Assembly (NCBI GenBank): GCA_029977385.1
Contig: JAPOKZ010000003.1
Location: 1-58,553, forward strand
Reading direction: 5' to 3'
Origin: Methanobacteriota archaeon
GTDB taxonomy: Archaea > Thermoplasmatota > Poseidoniia > Poseidoniales > Thalassarchaeaceae
DNA: 58,553 nt
Each line of letters starts with the position of its first letter. The first letter of the stretch is position 1. The position numbers and the translations under genes were made by a program. Below are positions 9,399 to 18,450 of this stretch, one piece after another. Under the pieces are notes generated by a model. The model searched no databases, was not told the origin of the DNA, and saw only the letters and a list, made by a program, of their open reading frames with translations.

Positions 9399-10940
9399 GT
9401 GAAGGAGTTGGCAATAAAGAGTTTGAAACTCAACAGAGACCTTGACAGATACGTTGAACAGGCTCTCGAGCAAGGTAGGCCAGTGAAAATTGGATGGGGC
9501 AGGGCAGGAGACGAGAGGCCCAAAGATGGAGAGTTCGGAGTACTTACACACTTGCCTGAAGGTGCCAAGGTCCTATGTCTTGGCAATCTAGGACCTTTTG
9601 TGGGAGCAGCAAACAGAGGAGGCACCCTTACTCTTCGAGGAAGTGCAGGGTCAATGATGGCAGCATTCCATGTCAATGGCAAGACAGTGGTTGAGAAGGA
9701 TGTGGGAGATAAGGCTGGATTTGGTATGCAAGGGGGAGAGATAACAATCCAAGGTTCTTCTGGGAATGAAACAGGTTCAGCTATGAGCGGAGGAGTTTTG
9801 TTAGTAAGGGGGCATGCCGGGGATTATTTGGGTTCTAGAATGTCAGGAGGGGCGATTATTGTAATGGGTTCAGTAGGTTCTGATCCAGGAACTGGAATGA
9901 TCGGAGGAAGGATTGTTGTCTCAGGGAGTTGCCCTCCCCCTCCCGACGGCGTGGAGATGAGGTCTGTAAAGAAGTCGGAAATCAAAGAGTTCTCGAAAAT
10001 GCTGGAGCCAATGGGGCTTGAGCTAAATGAGGATGCATTGGTTCTAGAGCCGGGAAAAACGATTAACCAGGGGGAAGAGAGCCCCAAGTGCTCCATCATG
10101 GAAGGATTTGACAATATTTCTCTGTATCCTAACGAAGACTCCCTGGCGGAAAATGCTGTTCTTGACCACTACACTCTTCTTGCACAAGATGATCCGGACT
10201 CGGAGGGTGCTTTGCTAGAAATTCCCTGGCTAATTAGCTGTCAGACTACATTAGGTTCAGAAGAATGGGACGAAGTCACAGTGCCAGCAATTGTTCGCTC
10301 CGAGACCAGGAATAATGACCTACTACTCGTAGGGAAAGGAGGATTCGCAAACTCAATCGACTATGTCAGAAATTGTTCTGGTCTAATTTTAGATATTACT
10401 GATTTTCCCGGACTTGATGACTCTGAAATTGAAGCTTTAGTAATTTCTTTGAGAAGTCGAATGGATAATAATTCGATAATTCTGCTTCGAGGTAGGATTG
10501 ACAGAATTGGGAGGTTATTCAGATTAGTAATGGACTTGGAACTAGATGGAGCAGTAGTGGTATGCTCGACTCCTAGCGGTTCCAGACTTGCATCTTCACT
10601 CCCAAAGATCGGCCTTGCATCGAAGGCAATGGGCATCGTTGAGACAGGGAAGTTCGTAATGTTGGAGATCGATTTTGAGCCGACTGCCAAGGATCTGTTG
10701 ATAGCCGTCGCATCTGGTTGCACGGCTATAGTATCTCCATACAAAGGAGGAGATGTTCATTCAAAGATTGAGAATCTAGGAAAGGAAATACGAGGTTGGA
10801 TGAGAGATATCGGAGTAGACAGGATAGAGAGGATTGGCAGGAGGAATCTAAGAGCCGACGACTTCGACACTGCAGCGATATCCGGACTAAGGCTTGTGGG
10901 TTATGAAAGGCCTCTGAAAATGTGGTTAGAACTAGGGTGA
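9399..10940 (+). CDS. GXGXG-motif protein (glutamate synthase domain 3 / FwdC-like beta-helix) fused to an uncharacterised C-terminal domain
   Basis: GTG start preceded by GGGGAGG. Residues ~40-180 carry repeated G-x-G-x-G units (GSAGSMMA, GDKAGFGMQGGEI, GNETGSAMSGGVL, GDYLGSRMSGGAI, GSDPGTGMIGGRI). The C-terminal ~300 aa has no motif I recognise and no GGTGA FMN-domain signature. Confidence 0.6.
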   Translation: MKELAIKSLKLNRDLDRYVEQALEQGRPVKIGWGRAGDERPKDGEFGVLTHLPEGAKVLCLGNLGPFVGAANRGGTLTLRGSAGSMMAAFHVNGKTVVEKDVGDKAGFGMQGGEITIQGSSGNETGSAMSGGVLLVRGHAGDYLGSRMSGGAIIVMGSVGSDPGTGMIGGRIVVSGSCPPPPDGVEMRSVKKSEIKEFSKMLEPMGLELNEDALVLEPGKTINQGEESPKCSIMEGFDNISLYPNEDSLAENAVLDHYTLLAQDDPDSEGALLEIPWLISCQTTLGSEEWDEVTVPAIVRSETRNNDLLLVGKGGFANSIDYVRNCSGLILDITDFPGLDDSEIEALVISLRSRMDNNSIILLRGRIDRIGRLFRLVMDLELDGAVVVCSTPSGSRLASSLPKIGLASKAMGIVETGKFVMLEIDFEPTAKDLLIAVASGCTAIVSPYKGGDVHSKIENLGKEIRGWMRDIGVDRIERIGRRNLRADDFDTAAISGLRLVGYERPLKMWLELG

Positions 10941-10944
10941 GTTA

Positions 10945-12699
10945 ATGCCTACTTTGGACTTCAAACACTCGATACTAGAATTTGTGCAGAGGTTGAATGG
11001 GATTGAGCATAAATGGGAAGAGTGGTCAGAATGGCTCCCCGACATTGGATGCCCGGTTGATGGGAATGACCAAGAGTCAGTTGAAGTAGAGGTATTTCCA
11101 GATCGTCCAGACCTACTAAGTCATGAGACAATTAGCAGGGCATACAGGTCATTCCTTGAACTTACAGAAGAAGATTCGGATTTATCTGTTAAAGCCGGTG
11201 ATATTTCTCTTACAGTTGATCCTGAATTGGGAAGAGTGAGGCCTGTTGTAATGGGAGCGGTAGTAAGATCCGTAGATACCGGCTCCGATTTTGAACAAAA
11301 TGAAGATTTCATCCAGAGTTTAATGGATCATCAAGAAAAGTTGCATATGACACTAGGGAGGAAACGAAAGTTTGCTTCAATAGGGGTACATGACCTAAAT
11401 ACCCTAAAACCACCATTTCGAGTAACCACGGTGTCGTCGGATTTTTCCTTCACCCCTCTAGCTAGTGAGAAGGAGATGAGTATTGAGAAAATACTAGCAG
11501 AACACCCAAAGGGCATAGAATATTCCCATCTAATGGAGAATCTGAATGAATACCCGATAATTCTCGACTCTGCGGATAAAGTATTGTCATTCCCCCCAAT
11601 TATTAACGGAAGTCACACCACAGTAAGTGAAGAAACTAGAGACTTTTTCATTGATGTAACAGGATGGGACAAAAGAGCGTGTGAGGCTTGTCTACTCCTC
11701 GTGTGCCTATCTATGTCTGAAAGGGGAGGAAAGGTTGAGAGCATCCAACTAAATGGTACTGACGGGGAACAGTATCTATCCCCTAATGGAGAAGGCATAG
11801 TTCATCGAATTCCCGACAGTCTAATCGAGAAAATTCTTGGGATTAAATTGGACGCAGATGAGTTGTCATCTTCTATCAGAAAAATGGGTGGGACACTGCA
11901 AGAAAGCCGTACAGTAACAGATGGTCCTAACGATAGAGGGAGGTGGTCCGACTGTGTAGTTGGAGAGGTAGAGCATCTAATCAAAATGCCACGGTGGAGG
12001 AGCGATGTAATGCACCCGGTTGATATCGTAGAAGACATCGCAATAGGTTTCGGTTTCCAGAATCTACCGCAGAAGCTTTCTACGACACATCTGGATGCCA
12101 TACCATTGAAGGGATCTGACCTAAAGAGAAGATTTGGTGAAAGTATGAGGGCTTGCGGCCTACAAGAAGTTCAGAGTCTGACCCTTTCAAACGAAAGGGA
12201 CCAATTCGAAAATATGAGATGGCCGGATGAAGGTTATGTCACGGAGATATCAAATCCGATTACTTCTGATCATACCCTTCTCAGACAATACATACTGCCC
12301 TCGCTACTAAGACTGCTAGCAGCGAATCGTCATCACGAGCTCCCTCAGAGGGTTTACGAGCAAGGAGACGTGATAAGGGACTCGAAGAACTACCCTCGGG
12401 GGGCATGGGCATGTGCAGAAGTAGGTAGTGGATTCACGGCTTCAAAGGGCATTGCTCAGGCTCTTCTTCGAGATATGGGGGCGAATCAAGATGAGGTCGA
12501 ATTCAGGCCGATAGACCACAAGCATGGGCCTTGGATAAATGGTAGAGGTAGCCATATTTTTATTCGAGACGAGAAAATTGGGGAATTCGGTGAGATCGAC
12601 CCGGAAGTAAGCAGTATTTTTGGAATTAAATCTCCAATTCAAGCAGGAGAGATTGACTTAGAGGCAATCTACAGAATAGTGCCTGACCCAATTTCCTAG
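10945..12699 (+). CDS. pheT: phenylalanine--tRNA ligase beta subunit (archaeal/eukaryotic type)
   Basis: 584 aa. B3/4-like segment (GVHDLNTLKPPFRVTT...SFPPIINGSHT), B5-like segment and a C-terminal class-II-like core. SD-like GGGTGAG lies upstream of the ATG. Confidence 0.9.
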   Translation: MPTLDFKHSILEFVQRLNGIEHKWEEWSEWLPDIGCPVDGNDQESVEVEVFPDRPDLLSHETISRAYRSFLELTEEDSDLSVKAGDISLTVDPELGRVRPVVMGAVVRSVDTGSDFEQNEDFIQSLMDHQEKLHMTLGRKRKFASIGVHDLNTLKPPFRVTTVSSDFSFTPLASEKEMSIEKILAEHPKGIEYSHLMENLNEYPIILDSADKVLSFPPIINGSHTTVSEETRDFFIDVTGWDKRACEACLLLVCLSMSERGGKVESIQLNGTDGEQYLSPNGEGIVHRIPDSLIEKILGIKLDADELSSSIRKMGGTLQESRTVTDGPNDRGRWSDCVVGEVEHLIKMPRWRSDVMHPVDIVEDIAIGFGFQNLPQKLSTTHLDAIPLKGSDLKRRFGESMRACGLQEVQSLTLSNERDQFENMRWPDEGYVTEISNPITSDHTLLRQYILPSLLRLLAANRHHELPQRVYEQGDVIRDSKNYPRGAWACAEVGSGFTASKGIAQALLRDMGANQDEVEFRPIDHKHGPWINGRGSHIFIRDEKIGEFGEIDPEVSSIFGIKSPIQAGEIDLEAIYRIVPDPIS

Positions 12700-12893
12700 T
12701 CCTTATCTCCGTCTTTAGATAGGAGTTTCATTGCGTCCAGGAACTTCTTATTTTCCAGATGGCTTTTGTCATCTTTTTTTTCTTCGTTCTTTCCAGATTT
12801 TTTTTCGTACTCAACCACATTTCTCATGTAATTGGTACGAGATACTTTCGATTTCGAGGGTTTCTTCTTCTTGAATGGCCATATGGGACCCAT
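12696..12893 (-). CDS. Lys-rich small hypothetical protein (doubtful)
   Basis: The 65-codon ORF (MGPIWPFKKKKPSKSK...) overlaps the pheT stop by 4 nt. Its Lys runs are the complement of plus-strand T8 tracts that could instead be pheT terminators. Confidence 0.25.
   Translation of the reverse strand: MGPIWPFKKKKPSKSKVSRTNYMRNVVEYEKKSGKNEEKKDDKSHLENKKFLDAMKLLSKDGDKD
12774..12805 (+). terminator. two T8 tracts downstream of pheT (candidate archaeal oligo-T terminators)
   Basis: T8 runs at 12774-12781 and 12798-12805 lie 75-105 nt after the pheT stop. Archaeal RNAP terminates at oligo-T runs. The same bases encode Lys runs of the doubtful minus-strand ORF. Confidence 0.25.
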
Positions 12894-12984
12894 GTGTGGT
12901 GAGCGGGGAGTGAAGACATGATATTTTCCCTATTTTGACTCATAAAATAGTAGTTTTCATTGAATTAGTTGTATTGGGACTTGC

Positions 12985-13722
12985 ATGCTTGCACGGCAAA
13001 TAGGGGTGGATGAGGCCGGCAGGGGCCCTGCGATTGGACCACTAGTTGTTTCAGCACTAAATATTCCTGAAAAGGATAGGCCCATTCTAAGGGATTTGGG
13101 AGTCGATGATTCGAAGATTCTTACTAAAAAGAATAGAGAGCGTTTGTATAAGGAAATTTTATCCTGCTCTGATTCATTGGGATGGACCATCGGTTTGGTA
13201 CGATGCAATGCAAGGAGAATAGATGAGTGGATGGAAAACGGGAGTCTTAATTCATTGGAGGTTCTCCTCTTTTCTGAAGCTATATGCGATGCTGCTGAAC
13301 CTGGAGATGGTTTCGAGATATTTCTCGACGCCTGTGACGTTAATGCGGGGAGATTCGGCAGAAATGTGTCAAAGACTCTCGGAAATAGTTGGCAGCGTTG
13401 TAATATTTATTCAGAACATAAGATGGATAAGAAGAATGAATTAGTGGCAGCAGCGAGTATCATTGCCAAAGTAAATCGAGACTCGGCAATAGAAGAGTTA
13501 TCACAGGAATTGAGTATTGACCTGGGGTCCGGGTACCCATCAGACCCCAAAACCAAGGATGCACTGGAGATACTTTGTATGCAAGACGATCTGGCGGATT
13601 GTATTAGAAGAAAATGGACCAATGTTCAGAGAGCCTGGGAGAAGAGTCACAACAGACCAATTCAGGCTAGAGCGAATGAAAGAAACGGGGCGTTCCAATC
13701 GGCCCTAGATGAATGGGAATAG
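12985..13722 (+). CDS. rnhB: ribonuclease HII
   Basis: N-terminal GVDEAGRGPAIGPLVV, then DDSKILT, ASIIAKVNRD and GSGYPSD motifs of type 2 RNase H. Confidence 0.9.
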   Translation: MLARQIGVDEAGRGPAIGPLVVSALNIPEKDRPILRDLGVDDSKILTKKNRERLYKEILSCSDSLGWTIGLVRCNARRIDEWMENGSLNSLEVLLFSEAICDAAEPGDGFEIFLDACDVNAGRFGRNVSKTLGNSWQRCNIYSEHKMDKKNELVAAASIIAKVNRDSAIEELSQELSIDLGSGYPSDPKTKDALEILCMQDDLADCIRRKWTNVQRAWEKSHNRPIQARANERNGAFQSALDEWE

Positions 13723-13744
13723 TAAGAATGGTGAAATGTAACCG

Positions 13745-15475
13745 GTGTCTGGTTCAGATGTAAATATGAGTGAGGAGGAAGTTTTCGATCTGGAAGATCG
13801 GGAAGCAGTCCGCAAGTATGCCCTACAGAATGCCATAGAGTACAGTGGCAAAGGACAGTCCGGAAGCGTTCTTGGGAGGCTGCTTGCTGAAAGAGAACAG
13901 TTGAGGTCTCGTGTACAGGACCTACTGACATTGGTAGATAAAGAAGTGATTAGGGCTAATTCTATTGCTAGTAAAGATGGAATAGAAGAGGTTCGGAAGG
14001 AGTTGGAAAGTTTAGCCCCAGAGGCTCTAGACAGGGAGAGGCATAAGAAAAATGAGGGTTTGAGAGATCTTCCAGGAAATACCTCAGAAGTCATCCTAAG
14101 ATTCGCTCCGAATCCAAATGGCCCTTTATCCATTGGGCATTCAAGAGGCGTGGTTATCAATTCCTTATATGCACAAAAATACCAAGGTAAAATAGTACTG
14201 AGATTTGATGATACTGACACTAGAGTAAAACCTCCATTGATTGAAGCCTATAGTTGGATAGAAGAGGAATTCGAATGGTTATCCGGAAAGGCGGCGGATG
14301 TGATAATCAGAGCAAGCGAACGGATGCCAGTATATCTCCAATACGCCGAGGAGATGTTAGCTGGAGGTTTTGGTTACGTCTGCAAATGTAAGGCCGAGGA
14401 CTTTCGTGAATTCAGAGTTTCGAAGACTGAATGCCCGTGTAGAAATGGATCAGTTCAGGGGAATATGGATGATTGGGGTAAAATGCTCTCCGGAGATGTT
14501 AGCGAAGGAGGAGCGGTTGTTAGGGTGAAGACGGAAATGGACCTACCAAACCCTGCTTTGAGAGACTGGCCTGCATTAAGGATTCAGCATTCCCCGCACC
14601 CTACAGTAGGAGACAGGTACAAGGTCTGGCCCCTATTAGACTTCCAAAGTGCCATTGAAGACCACGAGCAAGGAGTTACTCACATCATCAGGGGAAAGGA
14701 TCTGATGGACAGTACGAGAAAGCAGACGATTCTTTACGATCACTTTGGTTGGGAATATCCAGAGCCGTTGTATTGGGGAAGGGTGAAGATACACGAATTT
14801 GGTGGATTCTCAACATCTGGAATGTCTTCTTCCATCGATTCGGGAGAGTTCACGGGATGGGACGATCCCAGACTCCCCACACTTAGGGCACTTCGACGTA
14901 GAGGATTTGAGCCTAGTTCTCTTGTCGATCTTTGGGAAGAAGTTGGGCTGACTCAGAAGGATATCTCCATTTCACTACAGACATTGGAGTCATTTAATTC
15001 TAGGATCATAGACGGTTCTTGTGAAAGAAGAGTTTTTGTCTCGAATCCAAAAAGCCTGGAAATTAGTTCGAAAGATCCTCTCTCGAGAGTCAGAATGTCC
15101 AGGCATCCAGATGGTGAAATAGATGGTTTCAGAGAGTGGGAAATCGGGGCGAAAGTGTCGATTCAAGATGAGGACTTTGTCGAAGGAAAGATCAGACTGA
15201 AAGACTTCGCAGACGTCTTTATTTCAGGTCAATCTGCGACTGTAGAGTCGGAAGATAGGAGCGATGAGCGGAAGATAGTACATTGGATTCCGGATAATTT
15301 GGCAGTAGAAGCGATATTGTCAGTTCCCGAAGGCGAAGAGATTGTCCACGTTAAGGGACTCTTAGAGGACTTTGAACTGAGAAATGGAGAAGTGTACCAA
15401 CTTGAGAGGGTCGGTTTCGCTAGGTTTGAAGGCATTGAAGAAGGAATTGCTAGGCTACTATGGTTACATAATTAG
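13745..15475 (+). CDS. gltX: glutamate--tRNA ligase (archaeal type)
   Basis: Class I HIGH region RFAPNPNGPLSIGHSRG, then LRFDDTD and HIIRGKDL. The track start is a GTG at 13745; an ATG at 13766 is an alternative. Confidence 0.9.
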   Translation: MSGSDVNMSEEEVFDLEDREAVRKYALQNAIEYSGKGQSGSVLGRLLAEREQLRSRVQDLLTLVDKEVIRANSIASKDGIEEVRKELESLAPEALDRERHKKNEGLRDLPGNTSEVILRFAPNPNGPLSIGHSRGVVINSLYAQKYQGKIVLRFDDTDTRVKPPLIEAYSWIEEEFEWLSGKAADVIIRASERMPVYLQYAEEMLAGGFGYVCKCKAEDFREFRVSKTECPCRNGSVQGNMDDWGKMLSGDVSEGGAVVRVKTEMDLPNPALRDWPALRIQHSPHPTVGDRYKVWPLLDFQSAIEDHEQGVTHIIRGKDLMDSTRKQTILYDHFGWEYPEPLYWGRVKIHEFGGFSTSGMSSSIDSGEFTGWDDPRLPTLRALRRRGFEPSSLVDLWEEVGLTQKDISISLQTLESFNSRIIDGSCERRVFVSNPKSLEISSKDPLSRVRMSRHPDGEIDGFREWEIGAKVSIQDEDFVEGKIRLKDFADVFISGQSATVESEDRSDERKIVHWIPDNLAVEAILSVPEGEEIVHVKGLLEDFELRNGEVYQLERVGFARFEGIEEGIARLLWLHN

Positions 15476-15518
15476 TGAAATTATAATTTCGCTTAAACCT
15501 GTATATTTCGCCTGAAGC

Positions 15519-17567
15519 TTGCGTGGCATTGAAGGGGCCAGTCCGAATCAGAGTGACGTGGAAGGCGCCAAATCACGATTCGCAGTCACCTTTTCGTTGA
15601 TGATGATAGCAGTAGTTTATGCCCCTATGATGGCCTATGCCCAAGAGAGCCAAAGTTGCTGTGAGTCCCCTGATGAGTTCGATCTTTTCCTGATTGGGGA
15701 TGCAGACAGTGGGCAATTGACTCCATTCTCTTCCGAGTTAGAGGAAGAGAAAACTATGGAAGTTACTTCATCGGTATTTGGTGAAGTGGAAATCGGCTCC
15801 TGGATGATTTTGTGGGGGGAATCTGGAGACTATTCTTCAGGGACGTGGACATTCACCATCCCATATGAGGTGAAGGACTCAGCAGGAGTATCTGCGAACG
15901 CAACGGTTGTAGTAAAAGTCGGCGGAAATACGTACGAAAGTTCTGGACAGTTGCCGGCTGTTTACCTAAGCGAATCTGGGGAGCTTTCTATTCCAATAGA
16001 AGTACAAGACGGCCAGTTCTCAAAGAATGACAAGATCGAAATCACCTTCTCAGTCAGGAGTATGATTTTTTCAAATCCAGGTAGCGAATCGGGAATAAAC
16101 TTCTACTGGGGTTCGGAAGAGTATGCGGCTGCTATGTCAATGTCATTTCCACTAGTGAATGTGGAAATTCGTGATGCGAGTGTCAAGGGGAGTCTAGTAT
16201 TCTTTCCAATTAGACTGAGTTCTGGCTTCGGAGACAGAATATGGACTTCTTCACTAGGTGGCCTGATGGTTCAGAATGTAGAAATTACCGAAAGTCCGAT
16301 TGTTAACTCCAATGAAGACTGGGTAGATGTCACATTTGTTTGGGATCCAAGTGATTCTAACGGTGGCTCGGTCAGGACTGATTTCCACATTTCATTACAG
16401 GGCTCTCAAGTAATTGAGGCCAATAAAATCCATGATATCACTCTCGGTCAGGATACGGGGGACAATAGCTGGTACCCGGAGGAAGAGCCCCCACGTACTG
16501 GAGGTTCGGCCCTTGATGTTGAAGTCAACTGCAAATATGATGGCAAATCAATCGAAAGAAAGACGACCATTTCATTTGACGGTGCTATGTCTCAGTGGAT
16601 GAGATGGGGCTTAGATAATATTGGAAACAAGAGTCTTGGATCTAACAGTTGGTGGAGGAATCTTAATACATTTTCAGACCAGGTTAGCTCTTCTGAGAAG
16701 CAGAACGGGAGAGTGGATAACTCAGAACTCTCTGCCCTAGAAACTCATCTTAGGGGCTCAAAGACGGATATGAAGTCATTCCTTTCTAGTGGATTGATGG
16801 TTGATCCGGAATCTGTATTTGGCGTGGATCCGGTCAACTTCGGACCTTTGGAAATCAGTATTGACTTGGGGGCTTCGAGAGCTTTCAATTCTGATGCAAT
16901 TTCACTAAGGGTTTCGTCGACATACTACGTCTCCGATAGTGGATCTAGACAAGCACTGATTGAGGATTTTGTAAGACCCGGGGGGTATGATTTCTGGGAT
17001 AGTGTGGGGCTCTCATTCGAAATCAGGACTGGAATGCTTTCTGGTTTGGGAGGGGTTTACCTAGATAATGACGAGATAGACTACACTCACAGGAGGTGGA
17101 TTGTGATGGAAATAATCACAATGGAGAGTTCCGATATCGAATCCGATACTGACTTTAGACTGGAGTTTGGTTCTGAAAATGCGCTCCTCTTCAGTCCGTT
17201 GATTTCTGCGGTTATCTCCGTATTTGCTCTCTGCTTGGCGCTGGGAATTGGGATGGCCTTAACCCGGAGGAGAACAAGAGTTCCGAGCATGATCATGATT
17301 GGAGTTTTGGGTATTCTGTCTCTATCCATTTACTGGTTCGGTTTACCTATGCCAATAGTTCTGGGAGTTGTTAGTTCGAGTGTTCTATTGGTTTTCCCTG
17401 CTTCTGTAATTTCTCCCGTTATTGAAGAAGCGGGAGTTCAGAGAAATTCGAACAAGGGAGGAATGGTTAGGTGCCCTTCGTGTGGTAAGAAGAATCCTGT
17501 AGAGTCGGACATCAGGCCACTTAGGATTGATTGCCATGGCTGCGGAAGTACTCTCAGGATTGAGTAG
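15519..17567 (+). CDS. hypothetical surface protein with three C-terminal TM helices and a cytoplasmic zinc ribbon
   Basis: Signal-like segment FAVTFSLMMIAVVYAPMMAYA, then a ~530-aa ectodomain of unknown family and three hydrophobic helices. The C-terminus is CPSCGKK...CHGCG. The track start is TTG; an in-frame GTG at 15558 would give a canonical signal peptide. Confidence 0.7.
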   Translation: MRGIEGASPNQSDVEGAKSRFAVTFSLMMIAVVYAPMMAYAQESQSCCESPDEFDLFLIGDADSGQLTPFSSELEEEKTMEVTSSVFGEVEIGSWMILWGESGDYSSGTWTFTIPYEVKDSAGVSANATVVVKVGGNTYESSGQLPAVYLSESGELSIPIEVQDGQFSKNDKIEITFSVRSMIFSNPGSESGINFYWGSEEYAAAMSMSFPLVNVEIRDASVKGSLVFFPIRLSSGFGDRIWTSSLGGLMVQNVEITESPIVNSNEDWVDVTFVWDPSDSNGGSVRTDFHISLQGSQVIEANKIHDITLGQDTGDNSWYPEEEPPRTGGSALDVEVNCKYDGKSIERKTTISFDGAMSQWMRWGLDNIGNKSLGSNSWWRNLNTFSDQVSSSEKQNGRVDNSELSALETHLRGSKTDMKSFLSSGLMVDPESVFGVDPVNFGPLEISIDLGASRAFNSDAISLRVSSTYYVSDSGSRQALIEDFVRPGGYDFWDSVGLSFEIRTGMLSGLGGVYLDNDEIDYTHRRWIVMEIITMESSDIESDTDFRLEFGSENALLFSPLISAVISVFALCLALGIGMALTRRRTRVPSMIMIGVLGILSLSIYWFGLPMPIVLGVVSSSVLLVFPASVISPVIEEAGVQRNSNKGGMVRCPSCGKKNPVESDIRPLRIDCHGCGSTLRIE

Positions 17568-18428
17568 TCATATCTGCCCTTTCGAAACAAGCCTGTCTGT
17601 TATGTCGGTTGCTGCTTCTAGAGGAGTTTTATTCTCCCAAAATGAGTTAGCAACAAAAATCTGAGATGATAGGTCTGAGTCCCAATTAGGGGCAATAATA
17701 CAATGCCAAAGAAGCTCCTCTAACCTAGTTGTTGAAGGAGCCTTTGAGTGTAAAATTGGTTTAACCAAGTCGCCCATTATTTGTTCTCTTTTCTCTAAGT
17801 CAGAAGTATGCCAAACATCGGATGCACCCCGTAATTGAGTGCCTTCAATCCAAGATAGAATACCCAATTCGGGAGATTTTACCTCGGTTACTGGGATTAC
17901 TCTGATTACACCTTGTTCAGAAAGATGGTCTCGAAGAAACGAGTAAACGGGATCATACGTCCTATCGAGGGAGTCGCCAATCCAATTTCCTGACAAAATC
18001 CAAGGCCTCATCATCCTAAGTCTTTCACTGCTGGAGTTGATTTCCGAGGCAAGATAATGGGCTTGTGCAACGGTAGAAAGTGGACCCTTCCTAGAGTCGC
18101 CAGAGCTACCTTTTAGACCTTCAACGATAAACTCAGATATTACAATCCCATTATTCGAGGCTGTCCCTTTCCCTATGTCTCCAACGACATTAACGAATGG
18201 CTCTGAATCTGGTCTTCGATCGGTAAATCTCCGACGATAAGGAATACCCGAATCAAGAAGTGCTGCCTCAATAGGGGCTAGGGCCAATGCACCTCTGATG
18301 TTTGGTTTCGAGATCAGGAGTATCTTCTTCTTGCTGTTACGGACGTAACTAGCAAAGTTTCGAAAGGGCTCACGAATGGAAGAGAAAATCTCCTTGTCTG
18401 CCAGAGTCTCCACGATGCCACGAAACAA
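17568..18428 (-). CDS. hypothetical protein, possible catalytically degenerate DHH (RecJ/GAN/Cdc45-like) domain
   Basis: TTG start 22 nt downstream of rps15. The segment KKILLISKPNIRGALALAPIEAALLDSGIPY mimics DHH motif I context (hhhhhgH.D.DGhhSahhL...L...G), but the acidic residues are replaced. No DHH or GGGH motifs were seen. The functional call rests partly on the known rps15-recJ linkage in archaea. Confidence 0.5.
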   Translation of the reverse strand: MFRGIVETLADKEIFSSIREPFRNFASYVRNSKKKILLISKPNIRGALALAPIEAALLDSGIPYRRRFTDRRPDSEPFVNVVGDIGKGTASNNGIVISEFIVEGLKGSSGDSRKGPLSTVAQAHYLASEINSSSERLRMMRPWILSGNWIGDSLDRTYDPVYSFLRDHLSEQGVIRVIPVTEVKSPELGILSWIEGTQLRGASDVWHTSDLEKREQIMGDLVKPILHSKAPSTTRLEELLWHCIIAPNWDSDLSSQIFVANSFWENKTPLEAATDITDRLVSKGQI

Positions 18429-18450
18429 AAGAGGTACAAATCAATAGTGA

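Noticed and set aside
9344-9682. Minus-strand 112-aa ORF overlapping the start of the GXGXG gene.
   Set aside because: The product is Pro/Leu/Ser-rich and antisense to a motif-bearing CDS. It lacks a start context.
13705-14220. Minus-strand 171-aa ORF antisense to gltX.
   Set aside because: It overlaps the HIGH-motif region of a confident aminoacyl-tRNA synthetase gene. The product is low-complexity and Ser/Leu-rich.
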